Shown: positions 1 to 11,417, numbered from the stretch's first letter. The stretch is 64,000 bases of DNA from an uncultured Clostridium sp. (GCA_947363765.1 CANAQC010000004.1:1108-65107), one strand, 5' to 3'. The notes: generated from the letters alone by a model not told the origin. A program made the numbers and translations.

Positions 1-46
1 TAATTCTTTTTGTTACTTTTGTTAAATACCCAACATCAATAACCAT
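1..46 (-). CDS. 5' end of an unidentified CDS running off the left edge (MVIDVGYLTKVTKRI...)
   Basis: ATG at 46-44 preceded by an AAGAGG-like RBS. Only 15 codons are visible. Confidence 0.25.
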   Translation of the reverse strand, partial: MVIDVGYLTKVTKRI

Positions 47-146
47 AATTTTCCTCTTTTCCTATGTATAATTTTATATTCAGTAAATATAAATAATAAT
101 AGAAGTAGATTATCTACTCCTATTATTATATGATTTGTATTTTAAA

Positions 147-596
147 TTATTCAGCATTCTTACTATTATCTCCACATTCACAAATATTTTGTAATGTGTT
201 ACATATTTGTTTTTGTCCTACCGTTTTGTCATGATTTGCAAGATCACCTAAAGATAAAATTCCAATAATCTTATTGTTTTGATCACATACAGGAATCCTA
301 CGAATTTGAAAATCTGACATTAATTTTGTTGCTTCATCAATTGTTGTATCTGGTTTACAACAACATACTCCACAAGTCATTACTTCTGAAACAGGTGTTG
401 TGTTTACATCTTTATTACAAGATATACTACGTAATATTACATCACGATCAGTTAATACTCCTACTACTTTATTATCTTCATCACAAACTGGCACACATCC
501 TATATGATTATCACACATTAATTTTGCAACTTCTGCCACATTTGTATTTGGAGTACAACAACATACATTTTTAGTCATACAATCTTTAACATCCAT
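147..596 (-). CDS. CBS-domain pair protein, unusually Cys-rich
   Basis: 149-aa ORF with two CBS-like repeats (..VGVLTDRDV.. and ..IGILSLGDL..). Carries CCC motifs (NVCCCTP, GVCCCKP) and a CECG tail. Confidence 0.7.
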   Translation of the reverse strand: MDVKDCMTKNVCCCTPNTNVAEVAKLMCDNHIGCVPVCDEDNKVVGVLTDRDVILRSISCNKDVNTTPVSEVMTCGVCCCKPDTTIDEATKLMSDFQIRRIPVCDQNNKIIGILSLGDLANHDKTVGQKQICNTLQNICECGDNSKNAE

Positions 597-730
597 TTTA
601 CATACTTCCTTTCATTTTATAATACATTTTTAGTTTATACATATTATAAAAAAGTATGTAAGTCTAATTTTTCTAATTTCTAAAAAAACTCAAACATCTA
701 AAAAGTTAGAAAATGGAATTTTTTTCATTT

Positions 731-1252
731 TTAAAATTCTCTTGGTCTTATTGGTCCTCCTGGATTTTGTGGCGGAAATGGTGGACGTGGATTTGGTCCT
801 GGTCCTCCTGGAAATGGCGGACGAGGAGGAAATGGTGGTTTTGGAGGTCTTGGAAAATTACCTCCTCCTAATAATTCTTTTAAGATTAAAATCCTAATTA
901 AATCACGTAAAAAGTTATTTCTTCCACTTATTTGTCTATCTTCTTGTCTTGCATTTTTTGTTTCAATTTTTAAATCAATTTCTATTGCTTTATATACACT
1001 TTCTGTCATACTTTCTAATGTTTCATTTGTTATTTGTGTATTTACATTTTTACACTCATTACATATTAAAGGATATATTCTATGGTAAATTTCTGGATAT
1101 AATTCTTGATATTGGTTGTTTTCTAATTCAACGTTGTTCATTGTTTGTGTTATGTAATAATCATTTGGTGAATATATGCCTTCTTGTCTGTATGTTGGCA
1201 TATATCCCAATACATTCCTCATATATTCTTCATATGCTGTTTCATCATACAT
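731..1252 (-). CDS. hypothetical protein with Pro/Gly-rich C-terminal tail
   Basis: 173-aa ORF. Low-complexity tail PRPPKPPFPPRPPFPGGPGPNPRPPFPP. No family recognised. Confidence 0.5.
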   Translation of the reverse strand: MYDETAYEEYMRNVLGYMPTYRQEGIYSPNDYYITQTMNNVELENNQYQELYPEIYHRIYPLICNECKNVNTQITNETLESMTESVYKAIEIDLKIETKNARQEDRQISGRNNFLRDLIRILILKELLGGGNFPRPPKPPFPPRPPFPGGPGPNPRPPFPPQNPGGPIRPREF

Positions 1253-1336
1253 AATAATCCCTCCTATTATTTTGATATACTACAATATGAACAATATATA
1301 TAAAGTGTGATAAAAAAGAAACAATTTCTTGTTTCT

Positions 1337-2742
1337 TTATTCCAATTTATTTACTAATTCTTTAAATACATTTCCTCTTTCTTCAAAGTTTTTAAATAAA
1401 TCAAAGCTTGCACTAGCAGGTGAAAACAGTACGATCTGACCAGGTTTCGCCTTTTTTCTTGCTATTTGAGTAATTCCGTGAAAATTCACTACATTTACAA
1501 ATTTCCATTTGTTTTCCTTGTCTTTCTAATTCCTTTTCTACTACTTTGTAAATTTTATTAGAAGTTTGACCAATTAATATAAGTGTTTTTACTTTATCAA
1601 CTATTGGTTTTGCTAGTGGCTCATAGTCTAAATTTTTATCATATCCACCTGCAATTAAAACAATATCTTCATCAAACGATTTTAGTCCTGCTATTGTTCT
1701 TGTTGGACTTGTACCTATAGAATCATTATACCATTTTACTCCATCTATTTCTTTTATAAATTCAATTCTATGTTCTACTCCCTTAAAATTTTTAATAGCT
1801 GTTACAATTGTATCCATATCAATAAATGATTTGGTTGCAGCAATTGCTGCACATACATTTTCGTGATTATGACTTCCTCTTAAATTAATATTATTTGTGC
1901 TAATAATGTGCTTTCTTAAACGATCTTCACATTCTTTAATTACATCATTATCAACAATAACACCATTTTCTAATTTTTCCCTACTACTAAAATATAATAC
2001 TTTTCCATTTGCATCTTCTTTGCAATCTCTTGTAATTTCATTATCATAATTTAATACTAATATTCCATCTTCTTTTTGATTTTTAAATATGTTCTTTTTA
2101 GCTTCTATATATTCTTCATAATCTTTATGAATATTTAAATGATTTGGTGATATATTCGTAATAACTGCTATATTAGGGCTTACCGTCATATTCATTAATT
2201 GAAAACTACTCAGTTCTAATACAACAATATCATCTTTTTTCATTTCTCCTAATTTTGTAAATAGTGGGTAACCTATATTTCCACCAAGATATGTGTTATA
2301 TCCTGCTTGTTTTACAATCTCATAAATTAAGCTAGTAGTTGTAGTCTTTCCATCACTTCCTGTTACTCCAATTATTTTACAAGGTGCCATTTCCATTAAC
2401 ATTTCAATTTCAGATGTAATAATTGCTCCTCTTTTTTCCTCATCCACTAATTCTTTTTGTGTAGGCATACAACTTGGAGAACGAAAAATTAAGTCAAATC
2501 CAACTAATTTTGATAAATTGTTTTCACCAAATGAAAATTCAAATGAATATCTTGTAATAATATCCATTATTTCTTTTGGAATTTGTTCAATTGTTCGGTT
2601 ATCAAATACAGTCACTTTACTAGATAGTTTATATAAATAGTCTAATAATGGAATATTACTAACACCTAATCCGAATAACTGCAATTTTTCGATTATTTAA
2701 ATATGTATTAAACTCTTTTAATTTCTGATTCAAAAAAATCAT
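1337..2742 (-). CDS. murD: UDP-N-acetylmuramoylalanine--D-glutamate ligase MurD; two frame breaks at in-frame CGG codons
   Basis: Track ORF 1413..2684 carries Mur ligase motifs ([11 protein letters not shown]). Skipping the C of CGG (rc of 2671-2673) restores the N-terminus [29 protein letters not shown]. Skipping the C of CGG (rc of 1476-1478) restores the C-terminus ..[32 protein letters not shown]... RBS GGAG lies upstream of the ATG at 2742. Confidence 0.9.
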
Positions 2743-2753
2743 CTCCTTGCATT

Positions 2754-3449
2754 TTATTTCATTTCTTGTGGTAATTTGATATAACATAATAATTTATTTG
2801 TTGATTCTTCTACTGTTTTACAGTTTGTTACATCAATAGGAATTGTTTTATCACTTAACTCATAAAAACCTGCTTGTTTTTGCAATTCGTCACGAATTGT
2901 TATATGACTTTTAAGTTCTTCTATATTAAGTTTACCATTATATTGTATGCTTTTTCTTTTTACTCGTTCCTCTAAACTTGCTGTTATAAAAAAGTGATAA
3001 TTCGTTTGTGGATAAATCTTCATAATTGATCTACCAGAAATAATAATATTATGTTCTTTTTTTAAATTTTCAATTAAATTTCTTGCAAAAATAAATAATG
3101 TTTCATTTTTCGCTTTTCCTCCTATTTCAGACACAGCTAAAGAGGAATTTTGCGATTGTAGTTCTTCTTCTTGTATTTGATTACCATCCATATAAATTTT
3201 TGTTTCATTATTCTCAATTTTTAATTCAATTTTAAATAAATCCATTACAGTTTTTATATCAATTTCTTTTGCTTGTTTCTTTAAATTTTCCAAATTAGCT
3301 CCACTTTTCATCATTACATATACAATAGCTCTATACAAATTTCCACCATTTAATAAAATTGTATTTGGTAAAATTTTAACCAATTCTCTACAAATAGATG
3401 TTTTTCCAGATCCTACTAGTCCTTCAATTCCAATTACAATATGTTCCAT
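2754..3449 (-). CDS. cytidylate kinase (Cmk)-like P-loop kinase
   Basis: P-loop GLVGSGKTS and a GGNLYRAIV motif as in Cmk. Start chosen at MEHIVIGIEG with an AGGAG RBS; the track ORF extends to 3473. Confidence 0.7.
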   Translation of the reverse strand: MEHIVIGIEGLVGSGKTSICRELVKILPNTILLNGGNLYRAIVYVMMKSGANLENLKKQAKEIDIKTVMDLFKIELKIENNETKIYMDGNQIQEEELQSQNSSLAVSEIGGKAKNETLFIFARNLIENLKKEHNIIISGRSIMKIYPQTNYHFFITASLEERVKRKSIQYNGKLNIEELKSHITIRDELQKQAGFYELSDKTIPIDVTNCKTVEESTNKLLCYIKLPQEMK

Positions 3450-3610
3450 ATTTTTCATTCTCCTATACTCCAAATTTATTTCGCAATTTATTATATCATA
3501 TAATTTAATATGTGTTAAATTTTCTTTATTATTTTTATTCTTCTTGAATATTTTTTGTAATTTTGCAAAAAATATTCTTAATCAAATTTAAAAATGGAGG
3601 TGCTTTCATT

Positions 3611-3715
3611 ATGGCAAAGAATAACAAAAACCAAAACAAAAATAAAGAAAATCAAAATAGAAATGAAAACAATAATCAAAACAAACAAAATAATAATAAC
3701 GAAAACTGTAGATAG
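3611..3715 (+). CDS. 34-aa Asn/Lys/Gln-rich peptide (MAKNNKNQNKNKENQNRNENNNQNKQNNNNENCR)
   Basis: GGAGGTG RBS about 9 nt upstream of the ATG. Followed directly by a strong hairpin terminator. Not in the ORF track because it is under 60 aa. Confidence 0.35.
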   Translation: MAKNNKNQNKNKENQNRNENNNQNKQNNNNENCR

Positions 3716-3723
3716 TTTTACAC

Positions 3724-3759
3724 AAAAAAGTCCCTTCAAATTATTGAAGGGACTTTTTT
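3724..3759. terminator. bidirectional rho-independent terminator (small ORF / uvrA convergent)
   Basis: Stem GTCCCTTCAA / TGAAGGGAC flanked by an A-run and a T-run. Confidence 0.7.
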
Positions 3760-6582
3760 ATACTAAATACTTTTTTAAGAATCTACCTGTATGGCTTTGC
3801 TCATTTCTTACTATTTGTTCTGGTGTTCCTACCTCTACAACTTGTCCTCCCTTATCTCCGCCTTCTGGTCCTAAATCTATAATATGGTCAGCAGTTTTGA
3901 TTAGGTCTAAATTGTGTTCAATTACGATAATACTATTTCCTGTATCTACTAATCTTTGCAAGATATTTACTAGTTTATGAACATCAGCAATATGAAGACC
4001 TGTTGTTGGTTCATCTAAAATATATAATGTTTTGCCTGTTGGTTTCTTAGATAATTCTGTTGCAAGCTTTACTCTTTGTGCTTCTCCTCCTGATAATGTT
4101 GTTGATGGTTGTCCTAATTTAATATAACCAAGTCCTACATCATATAATGTTTGAATTTTGGTTTTAATTCTTGGTATGTTTTCAAAAAAGCTAAGTGCCT
4201 CTTCTACTGTCATATCTAAAACATCAGCAATACTTTTTCCTTTATATTTTATTTCTAATGTTTCTCGATTGTATCGTTTTCCATGACATACTTCACATGG
4301 TACATAAATGTCTGGTAAAAAATGCATTTCAATTTTTAAAATTCCATCTCCATTACAAGCCTCACATCTTCCCCCTGCCACATTAAAGCTAAATCTTCCT
4401 TTTTGGTAGCCACGTAGCTTTGCTTCATTCGTTGTTGCAAAAATATCACGAATCATATCAAATACACCTGTATAAGTTGCTGGGTTAGAACGTGGAGTTC
4501 TTCCAATTGGAGATTGGTCAATATTGATAATTTTATCTATATTCTCAATTCCCTTTATTTGTTTACACTTACCAGGTTTTTCATTAGAACCATATACTTC
4601 TCTTGCCACCGTTTTATACAAAATCTCATTTACAAGTGTACTTTTACCTGAACCAGATACTCCTGTTATACAAGTAAATACGCCTAGTGGAAATTTTACA
4701 TTGATATTTTTCAAATTGTTTTGCTCAGCTCCTATTATTTCAATTGATTTTCCATTTGATTTTCTCCTTTTTTTAGGTATTATAATTTTCTTTTTACCGG
4801 CTTAAATATTGCCCTGTAATTGATGTTGAAATTTTTTTAATCTCTTCTGCCGTTCCTTGTGCAATAACATTTCCACCATGTACTCCTGCTCCTGGACCAA
4901 TATCAATTACTTGGTCTGCTGCATACATTGTATCTTCATCATGTTCTACTACAATTAATGTATTTCCTAAGTCTCTTAATTTTTTTAATGTAGCAAGTAA
5001 TTTATCATTATCTCTTTGATGTAATCCAATACTTGGTTCATCTAAAATATATAATACACCTGTTAATCCAGAACCAATTTGTGTTGCTAAACGAATACGT
5101 TGTGCTTCTCCACCAGATAAGCTTCCTGCTGCTCTTGATAATGTTAAATATTCAAGTCCAACATCCATTAAAAATTGTAATCTTTGGTTTAGTTCTTTCA
5201 TAATTTGATCTGCAATCATAGCTTCTTTTTTAGTTAATTTTAGAGAATTTAAATATGTCTTTATTTTATCAATTGACATATCTGTTAATTCATTAATGTT
5301 TTTATCTCCTACTTTAACAGCTAATACTTCTTTTTTTAATCTTGCGCCATGGCAAGTCGGACATGCACTATAACTCATATACATTTCATAAAAGTCACGC
5401 ATACCTTGTGATTTTGTTTCATTATATCTTCTATCTAATGTTGGTATTACACCCTCAAATGGTGTTTTAAACTTTCTTGTTCCTGCAGCAGATGTATATT
5501 CAAAATCAATTTCTTCTGTTCCTGTTCCATATAAAATTTTCTCAATAAAATCTCTTGGTAGTTTTTTTATTGGAACTTTAATATTTACTCCATAATGATG
5601 TGCTATACTTTCAAAATACATTTTTGCCATAGTATCACCTTTTTTCATTGTACTTGCTCCAAAGGCTTTTACTCCATCATATAAAGTTTTATTTTTATCT
5701 GGTATAATCAATTCTTCATCCATTTTCATTAAATATCCAATACCTGTACAAGAAGGGCATGCTCCTACAGGGTTATTAAAAGAAAACATTCTTGGTGATA
5801 ATTCTGGAAAACTTATTCCACAATCTGGGCAGGCATAATTACCACTAAATATTTTTTCTTCTTTTCCAACAATATCTATTAATACTAACTGATTTGCATG
5901 TTTCATTGCAATTTCTACTGATTCTGCTAAACGATTTCTAATATCTTCTTTTATTACCAAACGGTCTACAATTATTTGTACTTTATGTTTCTTTTTTCGG
6001 TCTAATTCTAAATCATCTGTTAATTCTACAGTTTCTCCATCAATTCTTGCACGAACAAATCCTTCTTTTACAAAATCGCTCAACAATTTTGTAAATTCAC
6101 CTTTTCTATCTTGAATAACAGGTGATAATACTTGTATTTTGGTTCCTTCTTCTAATTCCATAATGGTATCTACTATTTGGTCTATGGATTGTTTTTCAAT
6201 TTTTTTGCCACAATTTGGACAATATGGAATCCCAATTCTAGCATATAGTAAACGGATATAGTCATATATTTCTGTAACTGTTCCTACTGTAGAACGAGGA
6301 TTTTTTGAAGTTGTTTTTTGGTCAATTGAAATGGCTGGTGATAATCCTTCTATTCGTTCTACATCTGGTTTTTCCATTAATCCTAAAAATTGTCTTGCAT
6401 AGCTAGATAAGCTTTCTACATATCTTCTTTGTCCTTCTGCATATAATGTATCAAAAGCAAGAGATGACTTTCCGTGAACCTGAAAGTCCTGTAATAACAA
6501 CTAGTTTATCTCTTGGTATTTCTAAATTAATATTCTTTAAATTATGTTCTTTTGCTCCCTTAATTACTATTTTATCGTTCAT
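3758..6582 (-). CDS. uvrA: excinuclease ABC subunit UvrA; two frame breaks at in-frame CGG codons
   Basis: Track ORFs 3758..4714 and 4794..6500, plus the N-terminus [36 protein letters not shown]. Skipping the C of CGG (rc of 6472-6474) restores Walker A GLSGS-G-KSSL. Skipping the C of CGG (rc of 4797-4799) restores ..[39 protein letters not shown]... Confidence 0.95.
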
Positions 6583-6856
6583 TTTAACCCCCAAACATGT
6601 ATGTACTTTTATTATTAATACATGTAATAATTATTATACTATATTTATTTGTTTTAAACAAGTGTTTGTTGAAAGTTTTTTGATTTATATGTGTACATTC
6701 TTAAACATTACTATCATATGTTCTCTTATTAATTCTCTACACTATTCTAATTTATTGTGCTTCTATTCATTTGTGGTCTTCTGTTATGCTACTCATATAG
6801 CATTCTTTATGTATCTCATATATAATTTTATGATAAGTTTACTTTATTACAATAAT

Positions 6857-6886
6857 TAAAAAAAGACAGGAACAAGTCCTGTCTTT
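6857..6886 (-). terminator. rho-independent terminator downstream of 6893..7108
   Basis: Stem GACAGGA / TCCTGTC with a T-run on the minus strand. Confidence 0.6.
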
Positions 6887-6892
6887 CCTTGT

Positions 6893-7108
6893 CTAAGCAG
6901 TAAAATATCGCTCATACCGACCTGAATTATGACCATCTACATCGTCTGGATCAAGCTGATGAATCTGCATTCCCGTTGGACAAATCATGCATCCTTTTCC
7001 GTCAATATGTTGATAATTTTTCTTCGCATTATCGATACAATCTCTGCAAATCTTGTTTAGTGTTTCCAACTGCTTAACCTCTTCATCTGTCATTTTTTGT
7101 CTTGCCAT
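6893..7108 (-). CDS. small Cys-containing hypothetical protein (71 aa)
   Basis: ORF with CxxC-like spacing (CRDC..CMIC). Contains an in-frame CGG (rc of 6917-6919) nine codons before the stop; the unshifted stop sits right at the terminator. Confidence 0.55.
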   Translation of the reverse strand: MARQKMTDEEVKQLETLNKICRDCIDNAKKNYQHIDGKGCMICPTGMQIHQLDPDDVDGHNSGRYERYFTA

Positions 7109-7151
7109 TCTTCTTTCCTCCTACAAATTTTTATACTTATATTTTAACACT

Positions 7152-7677
7152 TTACGTAACATTTTGCAAACTTTTTGCAGGTATTCCTACTAATGTAACA
7201 TTATCTTCTACTGATTTTGTTACAACAGCATTTGCACCAATTTTTACATTGTTACCAATTTTAATTGGTCCTAGTACTTTTGCACCACATCCTACCATTA
7301 CATTATTTCCTAAATCTGGATGTCTTTTATATTTGTCTTTTCCTGTTCCTCCTAAAGTTACCCCATGATATATTGTACAGTCATTTCCAATAGTTGCAGT
7401 TTCACCAATAACAATACCCATTCCATGGTCAATAAACAACCTTCTTCCAATTTTTGCTCCTGGATGAATTTCAATTCCTGTTAAAAATCTTGCAATTTGA
7501 GAAATTAATCTTGCAATAAAAAATAATTTATGTCCGATAAAAAAAATGGCCTAAACGATAAAATAACAATACATGAAATCCTTGATATAATAAAATTACA
7601 TATAAAATATGTTTTGCTGCTGGATCTTTTTGTTGTATATTTTTTGCATCTTCATATAATTCTTTTAATACCTTCAT
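7152..7677 (-). CDS. cysE: serine O-acetyltransferase CysE; frame break at an in-frame CGG
   Basis: Hexapeptide-repeat C-terminus ([13 protein letters not shown]..; track ORF 7152..7439). N-terminus [32 protein letters not shown] is joined by skipping the C of CGG (rc of 7534-7536), giving [31 protein letters not shown]. Confidence 0.85.
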
Positions 7678-7776
7678 ACCTATCACCTAATTTATCATAT
7701 GAAAAAATAATATATTTGTTTCATAAATTGTTTGTTTCGCATATACTATCATTAAATTGTTATAAGGAGGATATTT

Positions 7777-9626
7777 ATGTGCGGTTTTGTTGGATTTGTA
7801 AATCTAAAACATGATTTACAAAATAGACGAGAAATTTTAACACGTATGACAAAAAAACTCTCAAAGCGTGGTCCAGATGAAGAAAATTTCTATCTAGCAC
7901 CTGGAGTTAATTTAGGGCATCATAGATTAATTATTCTTGATGCAAAAAATGGTAGTCAACCCATGAGTGAAAAACAAGGTGATAATACATATACTATTGT
8001 GTATAACGGTCAATTATATAATGCAAAAGAACTAAGAGAACAATTACAAGAAAAAGGATATACTTTTAAAGGATATTGTGATACAGAAGTTATATTAAAA
8101 GCTTTTATAGAATGGCGGAACCGATATTATTAAAAATTTAAATGGTATTTTTAGTTTTGCTATTTGGAATGAACAAAAACAAGAATTATTTTTAGTAAGG
8201 GATCATTTTGGCATAAAACCTCTTTATTATAGTATTTCAGAAAACAACTTCGTTTTTGCCTCTGAAGTAAAAGCTATTTTAGAACATCCTTCTATCGAAG
8301 CAAAAATTGATAAAACTGGAATTTGTGAATTATTTGGCATTGGACCTTCTCATACCCCTGGTACTTGTGTTTTTAAAGATATTTATGAAGTAAAACCTGC
8401 CCATTTTTTAATTTATAATAAAGATGGTTTAAGAGATGAGGAATATTGGAAATTAGAATCTAAACCTCATACAGACAATTTTGAGAATACATGTCAAAAA
8501 GTACATTTTTTATTAGATGATGCTATTAAAAGACAATTAGTATCTGATGTACCTCTTTGTGCTATGCTTTCTGGTGGACTTGATTCTAGCATTATTACTG
8601 CTTATATTTGTAATTATTATAAACAAAATAATCTACCAAAACTAGATACATATTCAGTAGATTATGTTGATAATGATAAAAATTTTATAAAAAGTGATTT
8701 TCAACCAAATTCTGATAATGAATTTATTAAACTTATGTTACAACATTTTGATACAAATCATCATAAAATTTTAATAGATACTCCAGAACTTGCTAATGCA
8801 TTAGAAGATGCGATGATTGCAAGAGATTTTCCTGGAATGGCAGATGTTGATTCTTCTATGTTACTATTTTGTAAAAACATTCGAAAAGGTGCTACTGTTG
8901 CAGTTTCGCGGAGAATGCTCAGATGAAATTTTCGCAGGTTATCCTTGGTTTTTCCGTGAAGATGCTCTAAAAAGCAATACCTTCCCTTGGTCAATTGCTA
9001 TTTCTGAAAGACAAAACTTATTGAATTCAGATATTAGTAAACAAGTAAATTTGAAAGAATATATTGATTTCCGTTATCATGAAAGTTTAGATAAAGTAGA
9101 AATTTTAGACTGTGATTCAAAAGATACAGCTGAAAAAAGAAAAATTTCTTATTTAACATTAAATTGGTTTATGCAAACTTTATTAGATCGTTCTGATAGA
9201 ATGAGTATGTATAATGGTTTAGAATTAAGAGTTCCTTTTTGTGATTACCGTTTAGTAGAATATATGTGGAATGTTCCATGGGAAATAAAAGCATTAAATG
9301 GTAGAGAAAAAGGATTACTACGTTATGTAGTACGTGATTTACTGCCAGATGAAATTGTAAATAGAAAAAAGAGTCCTTATCCAAAAACTCATAATCCTAA
9401 TTATTTAAAAACAGTAAAATACATGTTATCTAGCATTATGAGTAAAAAAGATGCTCCTATAAATCAGTTATTGAATAGAAATTATATTTTAGAAATTTTA
9501 GAAACTGATGGAAATGCTTTTTCTCGTCCTTGGTTTGGTCAATTAATGACAGGTCCACAGCTTATGGCATATCTTTGCCAAGTAAACATGTGGCTTGAGA
9601 AGTATCAACCAAAGATTGAATTGTAA
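7777..9626 (+). CDS. asnB: asparagine synthase (glutamine-hydrolysing) AsnB; two frame breaks at in-frame CGG codons
   Basis: MCGFVGF N-terminal nucleophile and the SGGLDSS motif. Three track fragments (7777..8133, 8564..8926, 8817..9626) are joined by skipping the C at 8116 (..IEW-G-TDIIKNLNGIFSFAIW) and at 8909 (..TVAVS-G-ECSDEIFAGYPWF). Confidence 0.92.
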
Positions 9627-9636
9627 TATAGATAAA

Positions 9637-9657
9637 GAGGTCGCAATTTGCGACCTC
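9637..9657 (+). terminator. perfect stem-loop downstream of asnB
   Basis: GAGGTCGCAA-TT-TGCGACCTC. The T-run is weak. Confidence 0.4.
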
Positions 9658-9664
9658 AATTGGC

Positions 9665-9835
9665 TTACCTTATTACATACTCATACATCTTTCTAGTTTT
9701 GCATATTGTTCTGGAAAACTTTTCCTCCTCCCTTTCATCTTTCATCTTTGGAGTCGGATTAAGCTTGTTTACCACAACATCCAATACACATGCTGACATT
9801 AGTATTGTCAGTGCAATTGTTGTTACTGCTATCAT
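9665..9835 (-). CDS. 56-aa small membrane protein (MIAVTTIALTILMSACVLDVV...)
   Basis: AGGAGG RBS. Translationally coupled to the upstream 48-aa ORF. Confidence 0.35.
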   Translation of the reverse strand: MIAVTTIALTILMSACVLDVVVNKLNPTPKMKDEREEEKFSRTICKTRKMYEYVIR

Positions 9836-9836
9836 G

Positions 9837-9983
9837 TCATTTCCTCCTCTTTTTAAACTGAGCCATTGTTAAGCCTGCTACAAGCTTATATTCCATTTTA
9901 TCCTTATAAACTCTTGGCTTCATAACATCATAAAAGGAGTTTCCTTTGTTTAGTTTTCGTATGTCTTCTCTTTTTTTCATCAT
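9837..9983 (-). CDS. 48-aa basic small protein (MMKKREDIRKLNKGNSFYDVMKPRVYKDK...)
   Basis: GGAGG RBS. Lies downstream of the repeated promoter-leader at 10086-10114. Confidence 0.35.
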   Translation of the reverse strand: MMKKREDIRKLNKGNSFYDVMKPRVYKDKMEYKLVAGLTMAQFKKRRK

Positions 9984-10085
9984 TACCTCCTGCCATTTGG
10001 CTTATGATTGTTAATAGTTTCATCTATATAAACTTATCTTCATACTGCTAAGATAAGAGGTTTTTCTACTAAAAATTATATTACT

Positions 10086-10114
10086 ATATTAACATAATTT
10101 TACTGCAATTTCAA
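10086..10114 (-). promoter_or_regulatory. sigma-A-type promoter (TTGAAA-17 nt-TAATAT), copy 1 of a repeated promoter-leader
   Basis: The -35 and -10 hexamers have 17-nt spacing. About 60 nt are homologous to 12086-12114 and its leader. Confidence 0.45.
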
Positions 10115-10124
10115 CTAAGTTTAC

Positions 10125-10979
10125 TTATTTCCCTTGTGGCAATTTGTTACTAGCCATTTTTTTACTTTCAGTTTTTACTCTTCTTTCTAATTTTTTCAGG
10201 TCTTCTGCTGGTTTTAGATTTTCTGGTTTGATTCCTCTTTTATTTAGCATACTTCTTACACTTAAATTATTATCTATATGCTCACCTGTTATGTTTTCCT
10301 CTCCATACATATCTTTTTCGGTAACATTATAATTCGTCATTTCTGTTGCTAAGTTTTTTGCAGCTATTGTTAATGTTGGTAAAAAATCTGCAAGTGGTCT
10401 ATTTTCTTTTACCCCATATTTTGCTTTCATTTGCATTGTATTTAATCCGCCAAATAAGGCTGAATCTCCTTTTGAACGAATTCTTGCAAAACCTAAATCA
10501 TCTACTCCTCTTTCATAAATATTTTTTGATAACTGTTTTTCTGATTCTTTTAATTTTTCTCTTGCTTCTAATCTATTCATTAGTTTTATTCTATCTTCTA
10601 TTATTTCTTGTTTTCTAGTTTGTAATGCAAAATAGCTTTGTGCAAATGCTATTTCTTCTTTTTTAGAATCTCCATTTTGAGCAATTAAGTAACAAGCATA
10701 TCTTGTTAGCATATAATCTTGCAATCTTCTATTTGCACCAGAACCTATTTGAACCATTTTCGTAACCTCACGAAAATGGTTTTCTACACTTATACCAGCA
10801 TTTTTACAAGATTGCATTGCTTTCTTAATAGCTTCAATAAAATTTTCCCATCTTTTATAACCAAGCTGATTTTGTAAATCTCTAGCATACCAAAATTCTA
10901 CATTTTCATTTTCTTCTTTGTTAATAATAGCATCAAATTTTTCTTTTAACTCCACTATTTTTGCTTTTTTAAATTCCAT
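10125..10979 (-). CDS. dinD: DNA-damage-inducible protein D (DinD)-like
   Basis: Resembles the DinD family (..EFWYARDLQ..GY..W.NF...I.KA..C.N.G....HF.EV.KMV.IGSGA.R...DY.L.RYACYLIAQNGD..K.EIA.AQ.YFA.QTRKQE). Start at MEFKK with a GGAGTG RBS. Confidence 0.7.
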   Translation of the reverse strand: MEFKKAKIVELKEKFDAIINKEENENVEFWYARDLQNQLGYKRWENFIEAIKKAMQSCKNAGISVENHFREVTKMVQIGSGANRRLQDYMLTRYACYLIAQNGDSKKEEIAFAQSYFALQTRKQEIIEDRIKLMNRLEAREKLKESEKQLSKNIYERGVDDLGFARIRSKGDSALFGGLNTMQMKAKYGVKENRPLADFLPTLTIAAKNLATEMTNYNVTEKDMYGEENITGEHIDNNLSVRSMLNKRGIKPENLKPAEDLKKLERRVKTESKKMASNKLPQGK

Positions 10980-11417
10980 ACATATCACTCCATATAAAAT
11001 ACTCATAATAGCATATTTGAAATTGTATATTAGTCTATTTATTATTACATTTATTTTATGAATTTATATGATATTATTGTATTTACATTTTAAAACATCT
11101 GTTTTGTATTGTCAAGCGATTTTTTATATCTTATTTAACTTATTAAGTATTATCTTTTCCATTACTTCTTGAAATGTTGGTCCATCTTCGCTAAAAGTTT
11201 GAATTAATTTGTATTCATCCTTTTTCTCTTTTTTATTTTCGCTTTCTTCTTTATTCGTAATATTATTTTCCTTTTTTTGTATTTTTAGTTAACCACAGTA
11301 TTAATTTTTGTTATTTTCACATTACTTATTAAAAAACGCCTATTTATCATTTTTCGTCTTTTCTTACATTCTCTAAGCATATTGTTTTGTGTTGTTTTCT
11401 GACATCCAATGGAAGAA

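Larger units (their letters stand above)
9627..11417. mobile_element. decayed integrated-element remnant bounded by a duplicated asnB 3' end
   Basis: An ~100-bp, ~80%-identical direct repeat of the asnB 3' end plus hairpin (9557-9657 versus 11418-11519) flanks dinD-like, small ORFs and startless gene fragments. No integrase remains. Confidence 0.4.

Noticed and set aside
6472-6474. Reading CGG as Arg followed by a -2 slip, or a simple CGG-to-Gly codon reassignment.
   Set aside because: The UvrA Walker A (GLSGSGKS), GT2 DDGS and recombinase RVSTxxQ spacings leave no room for an extra residue. A reassignment without a frame change would leave the downstream sequence out of frame.
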